Shown here: piece after piece, positions 36,670 to 45,315 of the stretch
How positions within the stretch are numbered: the stretch's first letter is position 1
Layout of the letters: each line of letters starts with the position of its first letter
Assembly: GCA_963645945.1 (NCBI GenBank)
Contig: CAVIUA010000024.1
Coordinates: 8,394-72,393 of the forward strand
DNA from: a bacterium
GTDB taxonomy: Bacteria; Bacillota_I; Bacilli_A; RF39; UBA660
DNA: 64,000 nt
Reading direction: 5' to 3'
The notes under the pieces: generated by a model
What the model was told of the DNA's origin: nothing
Databases searched by the model: none
The model's input: only the letters and a program-made list of their open reading frames with translations
Position numbers and translations under genes: made by a program

Positions 36670-38700
36670 ATGGCAATTAGCGAGCAAGAGTTTAAAACGG
36701 AACAAAAAATTTTAAAAAAGGTCCAAAAATTACTAGGTGATAGACTATCTTCATTAGGACAAGATGTATATGATGATGAGGAAAATCTAAAAGAATTCAA
36801 AAAGATGATGTGGGAAGATTCGACCAGTTTCGATGATGCCGAAATACAACAAGTAATGGCCGCAACCGCACACGAAGCTGAAAAAGCCCTACAAAAACAA
36901 GCGTATTTTAAAAAACTTTGTCAAATAAAAAATAAGCCATACTTTGCATCAATAGTATTTAAAGATGATGAAAATAAAATCCATAATATTTACATTTCTC
37001 TAACATACTTAAAAGATGATGACTTAAACAATATTTTATACGACTGGCGTAGTCCAGTATGTAGCTTATTCTATGACTACGAAATAGGACCATGTAGTTA
37101 CAAAGCACCAGGTGGCATATATGAAGGAGAACTAAAAAGAAAAAGACAATATAAAATAGAAAAAAATAAATTAGTAGGAGTGTTTGATAATTCTTTAAAT
37201 ATTGATGACGAAGTCTTACAAGAAGTACTCGCAACAGAGTCAAGTGATAAAATGAAAAACGTTGTTAATACTATCCAACAAGAACAAAATAGGGTAATCA
37301 GAAACTTAGAAGACAATAACCTAATAGTTCAAGGAATAGCTGGCTCAGGTAAAACAACCGTTGCTCTACATAGAATTGCCTTCTTACTATACCGCCTAAA
37401 AAACCTTAGCAGCAACAACATCTTAATCTTTTCACCAAACAACGTTTTTACAGAATACATTTCAGATGTCTTACCATCCTTAGGAGAAGACAATACTCTT
37501 CAAACAACATTTAATGATTATTTATCATACTTTATAACCGAATATAAAAACGTTGAAACATTCTCTGACTTTGTATCAAGATATTATACTTACAGTGAAA
37601 CAAATAAAGACCTAGTAAAATATAAACAAAGTGATGAAATAATATCTGACTTAGATGCCTACTTAAAAGACTACATTTCCAAATGCAAATTTACCGGAGA
37701 CATAATTGAAAATGAATTTAATGTTGTATTAAAAGAAGAACTAAATGAAATGTTAACTTATAAATATAATCGTCTTCCATTGTTTGAAAGATTAGATGAA
37801 ATGGCCAAAAAGTTATCTGCCAACTTTTACAAAGGTAGTAATAAAAAAGCTAAAACTTTTGGTAGACTATTAAAAGAAAATTCTAACTTTGAAAAAGATT
37901 ACAAGAAAATTTATGCAGACTTTTGGACTAGCCCTTTCTGCAAAGTATCCTTAACAGAACGAGAAATAAATGAATTCATAAAAAGAAACATCATTAACTA
38001 CGAAGATGCCTTATTATTCTCCTATATAAAAGGTACTTTACAAGGCTTCCCATATGAATGTAATATCAAACAAGTAGTTATAGATGAAGCCCAAGATTAT
38101 AACCGTCTTCAATACATAATTATCAGTAAAATATTTAAAAAAGCTGACTTTACAATTCTTGGAGACATAAATCAAAATATTAATCCATATTATAGCTATA
38201 ACTCATTAGAAGACCTAAGTCCAATTTTCTCTGGCGATACAAAATACTTAGAATTATTAAAAACATATCGTTCTTCACCAGAGATAATTGAGTACACTAA
38301 CAAAATTCTTAATTTAAATCATGTCAATGCTATTCGTAAAGACAATAATAAACCAGTAATCTTTAGAAAGAATATTACTAATCTAAAAGAAAGCTTACTA
38401 GCTGACATAAACACTTTGCAAAACGAATATAAAAGTACCGCTATAATTACCAAAGATTATAAAGAAGCAGAAGAACTATATGATAAATTAAAAGATAGTA
38501 TTAGTATTTCCTTAGTAGATGCCAATACTAAAAAGTTCAAAAAAGACCTAATCGTTATACCAGCATATATTGCGAAAGGATTAGAGTTTGACAGTGTCAT
38601 AATTTATAATGATCGTAATAATTCATATCGTAAAAACGAAAGAAATCTACTATATGTTGCTTGTACTAGATGTCAGCATGAATTATATATTTATAACTAA
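36670..38700 (+). CDS. helD: HelD-type (helicase IV-like, UvrD/Rep superfamily 1) RNA-polymerase-associated ATPase, copy 1
   Basis: The HelD N-terminal signature is NKPYFASIVF...YDWRSPVCSLFYDYEIGPCSYKAPGG..GEL..KRQY. Walker A is GIAGSGKTTVALHRIAFLLY and Walker B is VIDEAQDY. The C-terminal motifs are YRSSPEI and AKGLEFDSVI...LYVACTR. Confidence 0.8.
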   Translation: MAISEQEFKTEQKILKKVQKLLGDRLSSLGQDVYDDEENLKEFKKMMWEDSTSFDDAEIQQVMAATAHEAEKALQKQAYFKKLCQIKNKPYFASIVFKDDENKIHNIYISLTYLKDDDLNNILYDWRSPVCSLFYDYEIGPCSYKAPGGIYEGELKRKRQYKIEKNKLVGVFDNSLNIDDEVLQEVLATESSDKMKNVVNTIQQEQNRVIRNLEDNNLIVQGIAGSGKTTVALHRIAFLLYRLKNLSSNNILIFSPNNVFTEYISDVLPSLGEDNTLQTTFNDYLSYFITEYKNVETFSDFVSRYYTYSETNKDLVKYKQSDEIISDLDAYLKDYISKCKFTGDIIENEFNVVLKEELNEMLTYKYNRLPLFERLDEMAKKLSANFYKGSNKKAKTFGRLLKENSNFEKDYKKIYADFWTSPFCKVSLTEREINEFIKRNIINYEDALLFSYIKGTLQGFPYECNIKQVVIDEAQDYNRLQYIIISKIFKKADFTILGDINQNINPYYSYNSLEDLSPIFSGDTKYLELLKTYRSSPEIIEYTNKILNLNHVNAIRKDNNKPVIFRKNITNLKESLLADINTLQNEYKSTAIITKDYKEAEELYDKLKDSISISLVDANTKKFKKDLIVIPAYIAKGLEFDSVIIYNDRNNSYRKNERNLLYVACTRCQHELYIYN

Positions 38701-38719
38701 AGGCTCCTAAGCCTTTTTT
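38699..38719 (+). terminator. Terminator shared by convergent genes
   Basis: aaggc-tcctaa-gcctt followed by T6. It overlaps the 3' end of the minus-strand flippase gene. Confidence 0.5.
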
Positions 38720-40002
38720 AAATGGAACCTTACTCGGCACAAATCATATATTGTCACAACAATTACATTAATACTTATCGCCAATATAAGACCATAAATA
38801 CCAATTTTTAAATATGAAAGAATAAACAATAAACTAGTCCTAACTATCATCCCAAGAGTAGTACCTATCATTGCGTCACGACTTTTACCCATTGCGTCTA
38901 ATGCCGATGATAAAGGAGCTTGAATATATTGTAAAAGACAAACTGGTGCGATTATTCTCATATAACTAATTCCCTCACTAGTATGATAAATTAATCTTAA
39001 AAAGAAACCTGGTTTAATAACAAATAAAATAGTAGCGGGAATGCCGATAACTAATGAAAAGAAAATAGCTAATCTTATTTTTTTTTGTACACTTTTAATC
39101 ATTCCATTAGAATACTCCCTAGAAACAACTGGTAAAAGAGCTTGCGATATAGCCAGTGTAAAGAAAGATGGAAGCAGTACTATAGGCATTACATATCCTG
39201 ATAGAATACCATATTCTCTTGTAATAAAACTATTATCATATCCAACACTTAATAATACTAAAGTAAGAATAATCGGCTCTAAAAAATATCCAAAACTACC
39301 AATTAATCTTCCCGTAGTATTAGGTATTCCAATAGATAAACATTCCAAAATATAACTTTTATCAGGCTTCAAATCATTCCTTTTAATAACAAGTTTCTTT
39401 GGTAAAAACAAAAACAATATAATAATAGATGCTGCCTCACTAATAATATTAGAAAGAATGATATAACAAATAGCGTACTTTAATCCTTTATCTATAACAA
39501 AAGGAATACCAATAATCATTAACAAAAGTCTAACAACATCTTCAACTAAGTTCGAAATAACATGTGGACCCATGCGTTCTTTTCCAAAAAAATAACTTCT
39601 ACAAATACTAGATATACTTGTAAAAGGTATAACTAAACTAATAGCCATAATACCATAATAGGTATCCTTATTATGTAATAAATTATTAGAAAGAACTGGT
39701 GCTAGTAAAATAATTAATATTATTAAAAAGACATTTACCAGAAAAATTACTGGCACAACCGAAAAAAAGAGTCTCATATTATTACGTTTTTCCTCAGCTA
39801 TAAGTTTCGCAACCGCAACAGGCATTCCTAATTGACTTATTCCAATGAAAAGAGAGAAGGTTGGTAGTATTAACATATAAAGACCTAATCCTTCAGTACC
39901 AATGAGTCTACTCATAATAATTTTAATAATCATACCTAGTATTTTTGTTAAGAATCCACCAAGTAAAAGAATGATAGTTGATTTAATAAATTTTTCTTTC
40001 AT
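38707..40002 (-). CDS. MOP-superfamily polysaccharide/lipid-linked oligosaccharide flippase (SpoVB / Wzx / MurJ-like)
   Basis: It has about 12 TM segments. The N-terminus KSTIILLLGGFLTKILGMIIKIIMSRLIGTEGLGLYMLILP is typical of SpoVB/polysaccharide-biosynthesis proteins. At 431 aa it is shorter than the usual length of about 500 aa or more. Confidence 0.7.
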   Translation of the reverse strand: MKEKFIKSTIILLLGGFLTKILGMIIKIIMSRLIGTEGLGLYMLILPTFSLFIGISQLGMPVAVAKLIAEEKRNNMRLFFSVVPVIFLVNVFLIILIILLAPVLSNNLLHNKDTYYGIMAISLVIPFTSISSICRSYFFGKERMGPHVISNLVEDVVRLLLMIIGIPFVIDKGLKYAICYIILSNIISEAASIIILFLFLPKKLVIKRNDLKPDKSYILECLSIGIPNTTGRLIGSFGYFLEPIILTLVLLSVGYDNSFITREYGILSGYVMPIVLLPSFFTLAISQALLPVVSREYSNGMIKSVQKKIRLAIFFSLVIGIPATILFVIKPGFFLRLIYHTSEGISYMRIIAPVCLLQYIQAPLSSALDAMGKSRDAMIGTTLGMIVRTSLLFILSYLKIGIYGLILAISINVIVVTIYDLCRVRFHLKKA

Positions 40003-40088
40003 AGTAAGTTATATGAAAAAAATAAATTTATAATGCTTTCATCACTAAAAATATGTTAAAATAAATATAGAAGAATAAATATGGAAAA

Positions 40089-40153
40089 CGTAAAAAAGAT
40101 GTAAATCGAACAAATGTAAAAAGTTGTAAAAGGCTTTGTAAAATTTTTTACAA
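40089..40153. repeat. Array of (T/C)GTAAA hexamers ending in the perfect palindrome TTGTAAAA-TT-TTTTACAA, in a divergent intergenic region
   Basis: GTAAA occurs at 40090, 40101, 40116, 40126 and 40138, giving spacings of 11, 15, 10 and 12 nt. The inverted copy TTTAC is at 40147. The palindrome spans 40136-40153. Confidence 0.6.
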
Positions 40154-40217
40154 ATAATTAAAGATATCTTTTCATTGAATATGACATGTGATATTCTTAT
40201 TTTAAGAGGTGGACGTA

Positions 40218-41324
40218 ATGAATGATTTAATTAATTTATTAACTTCAAAAGAGATAATAATTGTTTATATTGTTGCTGGCGTTGCCTGTTTTTTATACTT
40301 CATTATATACTTAATCGACAAGAGCTATTATAAAAGAAAACAAAAACAAAATACTAAAGAATTAAATAAACTAGTTGAAGATATAAATATAGAATTACAA
40401 AAGGAAGAACCAAGTAATCTTGAAGCTGTAGAAACTATAGAACCTGTAACTTATGTTGAACCTGTTCTTGTAGAAGAACCAGTTACTATAGAGCCTATTG
40501 TTCCAGAAAAGGTTGAACCTGTAGCAGTTGAAATTGAACAAGAACCAGAAAAAGTAGTAGCAGTTGACGAAGTAAAAGAAGTAGAAAAAATAGAAGATGT
40601 AAGCCAAAAAACAAATGAAATAAATAATATTGTAGAAAATAATGATGTAGAAATCATTGAAGCTACAAAAGAAGAACCAGTAGTAGTATTAGAAGCATTA
40701 GAAGAAAAAGAACAAAAAGAAGAAATAACTTATACTGCTATTGAGCCAAACAAGGAAGAAGCTCAAGAAGAGTTAAGACGTTTAACAGAAGAACTAGAAA
40801 AAGCTGAAGAAGAAACTAAAAACATTGACTTAACAAGCTATGAAGAAGCTCAAGAGCGTGACGCAATTATTAGTTTAGATGAATTAATTAAAAAGAGTAA
40901 AGAAATGTATGAGTCTAATGAATTAACTCAATATGAGGATGAGGGAAATGAACCTATTAGTTTAGCTGATCTTGAAAAGAAATTTAAAGAAGCTAACGAA
41001 TTAGTTAATATAGTAGAAAAAGAAGAAACATACGAAGAACCAGTATTAATTGAAAACATTGAAGAACCAGTTAAAGAAGAACAATTAGTTATAGATGACT
41101 TTATTAATGTAAAAGTTGAAGAACCTAAACGACCAGTTTATCAAGAAAATGTTAAATATAAGCCATCACCAATTATTTCACCAATATATGGTATAGAAAA
41201 AACACCTAGTCAAACTGATATAGAATTAGAAAATACAGCTAATTATGAAAAACTTGACGAAGAGATTAAGAAGACAAATGAATTCTTAATGACATTAAGA
41301 GAATTACAAAAACATTTAGATTAA
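40218..41324 (+). CDS. N-terminally membrane-anchored, highly acidic E/P/V/K-rich protein
   Basis: The TM segment is IIIVYIVAGVACFLYFIIYLI. EPV-type degenerate repeats follow (VETIEPVTYVEPVLVEEPVTIEPIVPEKVEPVAVE), then a coiled-coil-like E/K region. The conserved-looking C-terminus is KPSPIISPIYGIEK. ATG 40218 follows an AGAGGTGG RBS. Confidence 0.6.
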   Translation: MNDLINLLTSKEIIIVYIVAGVACFLYFIIYLIDKSYYKRKQKQNTKELNKLVEDINIELQKEEPSNLEAVETIEPVTYVEPVLVEEPVTIEPIVPEKVEPVAVEIEQEPEKVVAVDEVKEVEKIEDVSQKTNEINNIVENNDVEIIEATKEEPVVVLEALEEKEQKEEITYTAIEPNKEEAQEELRRLTEELEKAEEETKNIDLTSYEEAQERDAIISLDELIKKSKEMYESNELTQYEDEGNEPISLADLEKKFKEANELVNIVEKEETYEEPVLIENIEEPVKEEQLVIDDFINVKVEEPKRPVYQENVKYKPSPIISPIYGIEKTPSQTDIELENTANYEKLDEEIKKTNEFLMTLRELQKHLD

Positions 41325-41406
41325 CTCGAATTTTTTCGAGTTTTTTTTATGATTTTCAATTTTACTCAGTATCATATATATAGAGATTGAAAAAATGTTG
41401 AAATAT
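41322..41406. repeat. Left copy of an 85-bp direct repeat bounding the island
   Basis: taactcgaattttttcgag(T8)atgattttcaattttactcagtatcatatatatagagattg(A6)tgttgaaatat. It is identical to 50222-50306 except T8 vs T7 and A6 vs A7. Confidence 0.9.
41325..41348 (+). terminator. Rho-independent terminator inside the left repeat
   Basis: ctcgaa-tttt-ttcgag followed by T8. It directly follows the stop of 40218..41324. Confidence 0.75.
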
Positions 41407-41496
41407 TTAACGCTATGTTTAATTCAGTTTCAAATTAAAAAATTCAATTTGAAATATTAATTTTTTTACTATGCTGTTAAAACTTATTTATTTAAC

Positions 41497-41524
41497 TTGA
41501 CTATTTATAAAAAGTTGATATAAT
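41497..41524 (+). promoter_or_regulatory. Sigma-A promoter for the first island operon
   Basis: TTGACT (41497-41502), a 16-nt spacer and TATAAT (41519-41524). Confidence 0.6.
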
Positions 41525-41640
41525 AAAATACAATTTTTCGGAGATAATGTCCAGAACAACCAAAAGTTATTATCAAAATAGATAAATCTAAATATGTGGA
41601 ATTTAACTTGAGAATAAGAAAATTAACGGGGGAAAAACAA

Positions 41641-42906
41641 ATGGATTTTTTACCAGAACTAGAGGAACTAAGACCAATTAACAATAATAGCAGTAGTGTC
41701 TTTAGTGAATGCTATTTCAATAGAACATTTAATAATCTTTCGTTTGAAAAAAAGCTGCAGGTTCTTTGTGATATTGTAAGACAAAGTATATATCCAAGCG
41801 GTTTTCCTAATCCTGATACTGATATACTAAAAATGAATGGTAATTGCTATACAGCCGCTCATTGTTTTGTACGATACGCTAAACATCTTAATATAGGACT
41901 AAATTCAAGATGCGCATTAGTGAGAAAACGTACATTTGATCCTGATAATGTAACTACAATTCATGTTGTTGCATTGATAGATTCTTCTACCGGTGAAACT
42001 TACCAAGTGGATCCAACACCATTTGTTGGATATAAATATGGAAGTGTTGAAAATATAACATTTAAAAGGATTTATGAGGAATGCGTTATTATTGATAATG
42101 ATATTGAACAATATTTATATCAATTTAGAAAGATAATATATGACGATTCAGTAAATAGATTATTAGATTTAGCTAAAATAGAAGAAATAGTTGAATTATG
42201 CCATATAGTAGAAGAAATACCTATTTTAAAAGGTTATGCGGCTCTAGTTTTAAAAATAGCTTACAAACATCTAGAGAATAAGTACGACAAGGATAAGATG
42301 CAAAGCCTAATAAATAGTATAAAACCTTGCAATAGTGCGAATGAACGAAGTTTAAATGAAGTAAGAAATAAACTACAAATTCAAACAGCCATATGGATGG
42401 AAGAGTTAAGGGACCTAAAGCAAAATAACAGCAATCCAAAAAGACAGCAGGAACTTGCCTCAGCAATTATTCACGAGAATAAATGGTTAGATGATTCGTA
42501 TGAGAAATATGCTTATATTGGTGGAAAAAAGATTAGATTATCAAGTATCAATCCAAGATTTTTTCTTGAAAATAGATATGAAACTTTAGTTACAGAGCAA
42601 TCAGCCCATCATTTAGGGAAATCTGATTTTGTTTTTTTTGAATATGATATAGATCTGGAACAACCAACAGAGCAACTAGGTTTAAACCCGAGAATGTTTT
42701 ATAGCGCTAATGAAGAACAGCTCGGTAGAAATATCAGGGTCTCACTCATAAAAAATGATTCGATAAACAAATTGGTTCTGCCATATGTTCTCAAAACAAG
42801 AAGTTATAGTGAAGATTCAATAAAATTATTAATTGGGTATCCAGAACACCAAGTAATGACTAGATTTATGTACCCAAATCCAAGATTAGTAAAGGTAAAA
42901 AAATAG
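41641..42906 (+). CDS. Hypothetical protein with an N-terminal transglutaminase-like (papain-fold) Cys-His-Asp core
   Basis: GNCYTAAHCFVRYAKHLNIGLNSRCALV....TIHVVALIDSSTGETYQVDPTP fits the transglutaminase-core pattern G.C..FA..F..L.R..GIPAR.V.G.....HAW.EV.....W...DPT. I recognise nothing in the remaining ~280 aa. ATG 41641 follows a GGGGG RBS, and the GTG at 41596 is less likely. Confidence 0.45.
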   Translation: MDFLPELEELRPINNNSSSVFSECYFNRTFNNLSFEKKLQVLCDIVRQSIYPSGFPNPDTDILKMNGNCYTAAHCFVRYAKHLNIGLNSRCALVRKRTFDPDNVTTIHVVALIDSSTGETYQVDPTPFVGYKYGSVENITFKRIYEECVIIDNDIEQYLYQFRKIIYDDSVNRLLDLAKIEEIVELCHIVEEIPILKGYAALVLKIAYKHLENKYDKDKMQSLINSIKPCNSANERSLNEVRNKLQIQTAIWMEELRDLKQNNSNPKRQQELASAIIHENKWLDDSYEKYAYIGGKKIRLSSINPRFFLENRYETLVTEQSAHHLGKSDFVFFEYDIDLEQPTEQLGLNPRMFYSANEEQLGRNIRVSLIKNDSINKLVLPYVLKTRSYSEDSIKLLIGYPEHQVMTRFMYPNPRLVKVKK

Positions 42907-42958
42907 TTATCATGTTAATGAAAAGCTATAGTAAAAAGATTAAGTGAGGTAGATTATA

Positions 42959-45142
42959 ATGAATGAAATATTAAAAAATGAGGCAAAACAATTAGAATAC
43001 ATAGAGAAAGTTATTGAAACAGAAATAGAAAAGAGTTTAGACAGTGAAAGTCTTATAAAGAAGGAAGCTACCAGTCTATCATTTGAGGATAGATTGAGAG
43101 GAACACATCTTAATTTAAACTCGCAACTAGCCAACATAGGAGAAAAAGTAGTCAGATTGGAAAAAGCTAAAAAAAGTCCGTATTTTGGTAGAATAGATTA
43201 TCAGGATGCTAAGACCCAGGATGCTATTCCAATATATATTGGAAGAACTGCTATATCACACGACAATTCGCTAGTTGTTTATGATTGGAGGAGTCCGATT
43301 TGTGGATTATACTATGACAGTGAAATAGGTCCAGTTTCATACAAGTCACCAACTGGTGTTCAAACTGGTAACTTACTTTTAAAAAGACAAATATTAATAA
43401 AAAATGCAAAGCTGTTAAATGCTGTTGATACAAATTTAGTAACTAATGATGAATTACTATTACCATATTTAAATGTAAATGCCGATAGTAGAATGAAAAC
43501 CATTATTGCTTCCATTCAAAAAGAACAAAATGCCATTATTAGATCTGAAAACAACAATGTTATTGTTCAAGGGGTGGCCGGAAGCGGAAAGACATCTGTA
43601 GCTTTACATAGAATAGCATATTTGATATATACGATGGGAGAAAAAGCAAAGTCAAATCAATTTTTGGTTATAGGTCCAAATGATTATTTTCTAAATTATG
43701 TTTCCTCAGTACTTCCTGAACTTGAAACAACACCAGTAGCTCAAAAGACTTTAATAGAATTAATGAATGAATATATTGGCATAGATTTAACATTAGAAAA
43801 TGATTCATTATCTCAAAAGGGTGAAAAAAAAGAAATTGAACAACGTATAAGTGCCTTTAAAGGAAGCCTTAAATATCGTGATTTAATAGATGAATTTGTG
43901 TTAAGATGTTTAGAAGGAAACGCTCTAGTAGAAGACGATTTTAAAATAGATGGCAAAGTCGTTTTTCCTAAAGAAATGATAAGGAAAAGATTACTTGGCG
44001 AGGATGGAAGACACTTAGATTTTAATTCCACATACAAATATTATAAAGCCTTATTCCGCGAAAAAAAGGAAGAAATATATGAATCACTAAACGATGAATA
44101 TAGAAAGGTTTATATGTCGTTGCCAAAAGGTGACCCAAAAAGAAAGGAATATATAGATAAGAGTGAAACATTAAGAAAGTTCATAAATGAGCAAGGTGAA
44201 AAATCCTTAGATAAATATTTTAAAGGTATTAATAGAACATGTTTATCTTTATACGTTTCGTTTATTTCCAATTTAAACGAATACAAAACAGGTTTAACTT
44301 CATCTGAAGTTAATACACTACAAAAAGATACATTAAAAGCCTTAAAAAAGAAACGTATATTTTTTGAAGATATTCCAGCATTATTGTACTTAAATTACAG
44401 ACTTACAAATAAACGCTTGAATTATAGTAATATAGTGATAGATGAGGCCCAAGATTATAGTATGTTCGCTTTCCATGTGTTAAGAAAAATTTTTGAACAA
44501 GGAAAATTTAATATTTATGGAGATCTAGCTCAGTCAATCCATTCGTATAGAGGCATCAAATCTTGGCGTGAACTTAATGAAAGTGTGTTTGATGGCGAAT
44601 GCGAATTATTAGAACTAAGTAAAAGTTATCGTACAACCATGGAAATAACCGAAACAGCTAACAATGTTTTAGCTGTCCTAGATCTAAATCAAGCAGAGCC
44701 AGTTATAAGACATGGAACCGACGTTGGGTATGAAGATATTTCTAACAAAAGTAATGCAAAAATTGATAAGATAAATGAATGGCTTGATGTTGGCTATCAG
44801 ACAATAGCGGTTATTTGTAAAGATGAGAATGAAGCCCAACAGGTACAAGCAGAATTACAAAATGCTCAAGTAGAATCAAAGTACATCTCTGATAAAGATA
44901 CTCAATATACAACGGGTGTATTTGTCTTATCGGTAGCCTCATCAAAAGGATTAGAATTTGATTGTGTAATTGTTAATGATGCTTCAAAAAATGTATATAA
45001 TGCCAATAATGACGTAGATATGCATTTGTTGTATGTGGCCTCAACAAGAGCATTACATGAACAATTGGTATTATATAACAAAGAAATAACTAAGCCATTT
45101 AAAGAAGCAATACAGCGTCCAAAGACATTAAAAAAGATTTAG
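42959..45142 (+). CDS. HelD-type (helicase IV-like) SF1 ATPase, copy 2, island-encoded
   Basis: Motifs are SPYFGRIDYQD...YDWRSPICGLYYDSEIGPVSYKSPTG, GVAGSGKTSVALHRIAYLIY, VIDEAQDYS, YRTTMEI and SKGLEFDCVI...LYVASTR. It is clearly paralogous to 36670..38700. Confidence 0.8.
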   Translation: MNEILKNEAKQLEYIEKVIETEIEKSLDSESLIKKEATSLSFEDRLRGTHLNLNSQLANIGEKVVRLEKAKKSPYFGRIDYQDAKTQDAIPIYIGRTAISHDNSLVVYDWRSPICGLYYDSEIGPVSYKSPTGVQTGNLLLKRQILIKNAKLLNAVDTNLVTNDELLLPYLNVNADSRMKTIIASIQKEQNAIIRSENNNVIVQGVAGSGKTSVALHRIAYLIYTMGEKAKSNQFLVIGPNDYFLNYVSSVLPELETTPVAQKTLIELMNEYIGIDLTLENDSLSQKGEKKEIEQRISAFKGSLKYRDLIDEFVLRCLEGNALVEDDFKIDGKVVFPKEMIRKRLLGEDGRHLDFNSTYKYYKALFREKKEEIYESLNDEYRKVYMSLPKGDPKRKEYIDKSETLRKFINEQGEKSLDKYFKGINRTCLSLYVSFISNLNEYKTGLTSSEVNTLQKDTLKALKKKRIFFEDIPALLYLNYRLTNKRLNYSNIVIDEAQDYSMFAFHVLRKIFEQGKFNIYGDLAQSIHSYRGIKSWRELNESVFDGECELLELSKSYRTTMEITETANNVLAVLDLNQAEPVIRHGTDVGYEDISNKSNAKIDKINEWLDVGYQTIAVICKDENEAQQVQAELQNAQVESKYISDKDTQYTTGVFVLSVASSKGLEFDCVIVNDASKNVYNANNDVDMHLLYVASTRALHEQLVLYNKEITKPFKEAIQRPKTLKKI

Positions 45143-45187
45143 TTAATTCAAAACAGAAAAATTTTATACTGTTTGTAAATTATAAAA

Positions 45188-45216
45188 TTGACAACTAAAA
45201 ATACAATTGTTATCAT
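45188..45216 (+). promoter_or_regulatory. Sigma-A promoter for the phosphatase/glycosyltransferase operon
   Basis: TTGACA (45188-45193), a 17-nt spacer and TATCAT (45211-45216). Confidence 0.6.
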
Positions 45217-45315
45217 AATAAGTAGATTAGAACAAAACATATATGCTTAATTAATAAAATATATAAGACAGGGAAATACATTACTATTTATATAGCTGTA
45301 TTTTAAAGGTTAAAT

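Noticed and set aside
40430-40600. Repetitive DNA (gaacctgt / gaaccagt units) considered as a possible CRISPR or tandem-repeat locus.
   Set aside because: The repeats are short, degenerate, in-frame codon repeats encoding EPV motifs inside a long ORF. They show no spacer/repeat regularity.
41547-41585. A 12-codon upstream ORF (MSRTTKSYYQNR) in the leader of the first island gene, as a possible leader peptide.
   Set aside because: The GGAG-like sequence is only about 3 nt from the ATG, which is too close for a functional SD. The peptide has no regulatory-codon bias, and I saw no associated alternative RNA structure.
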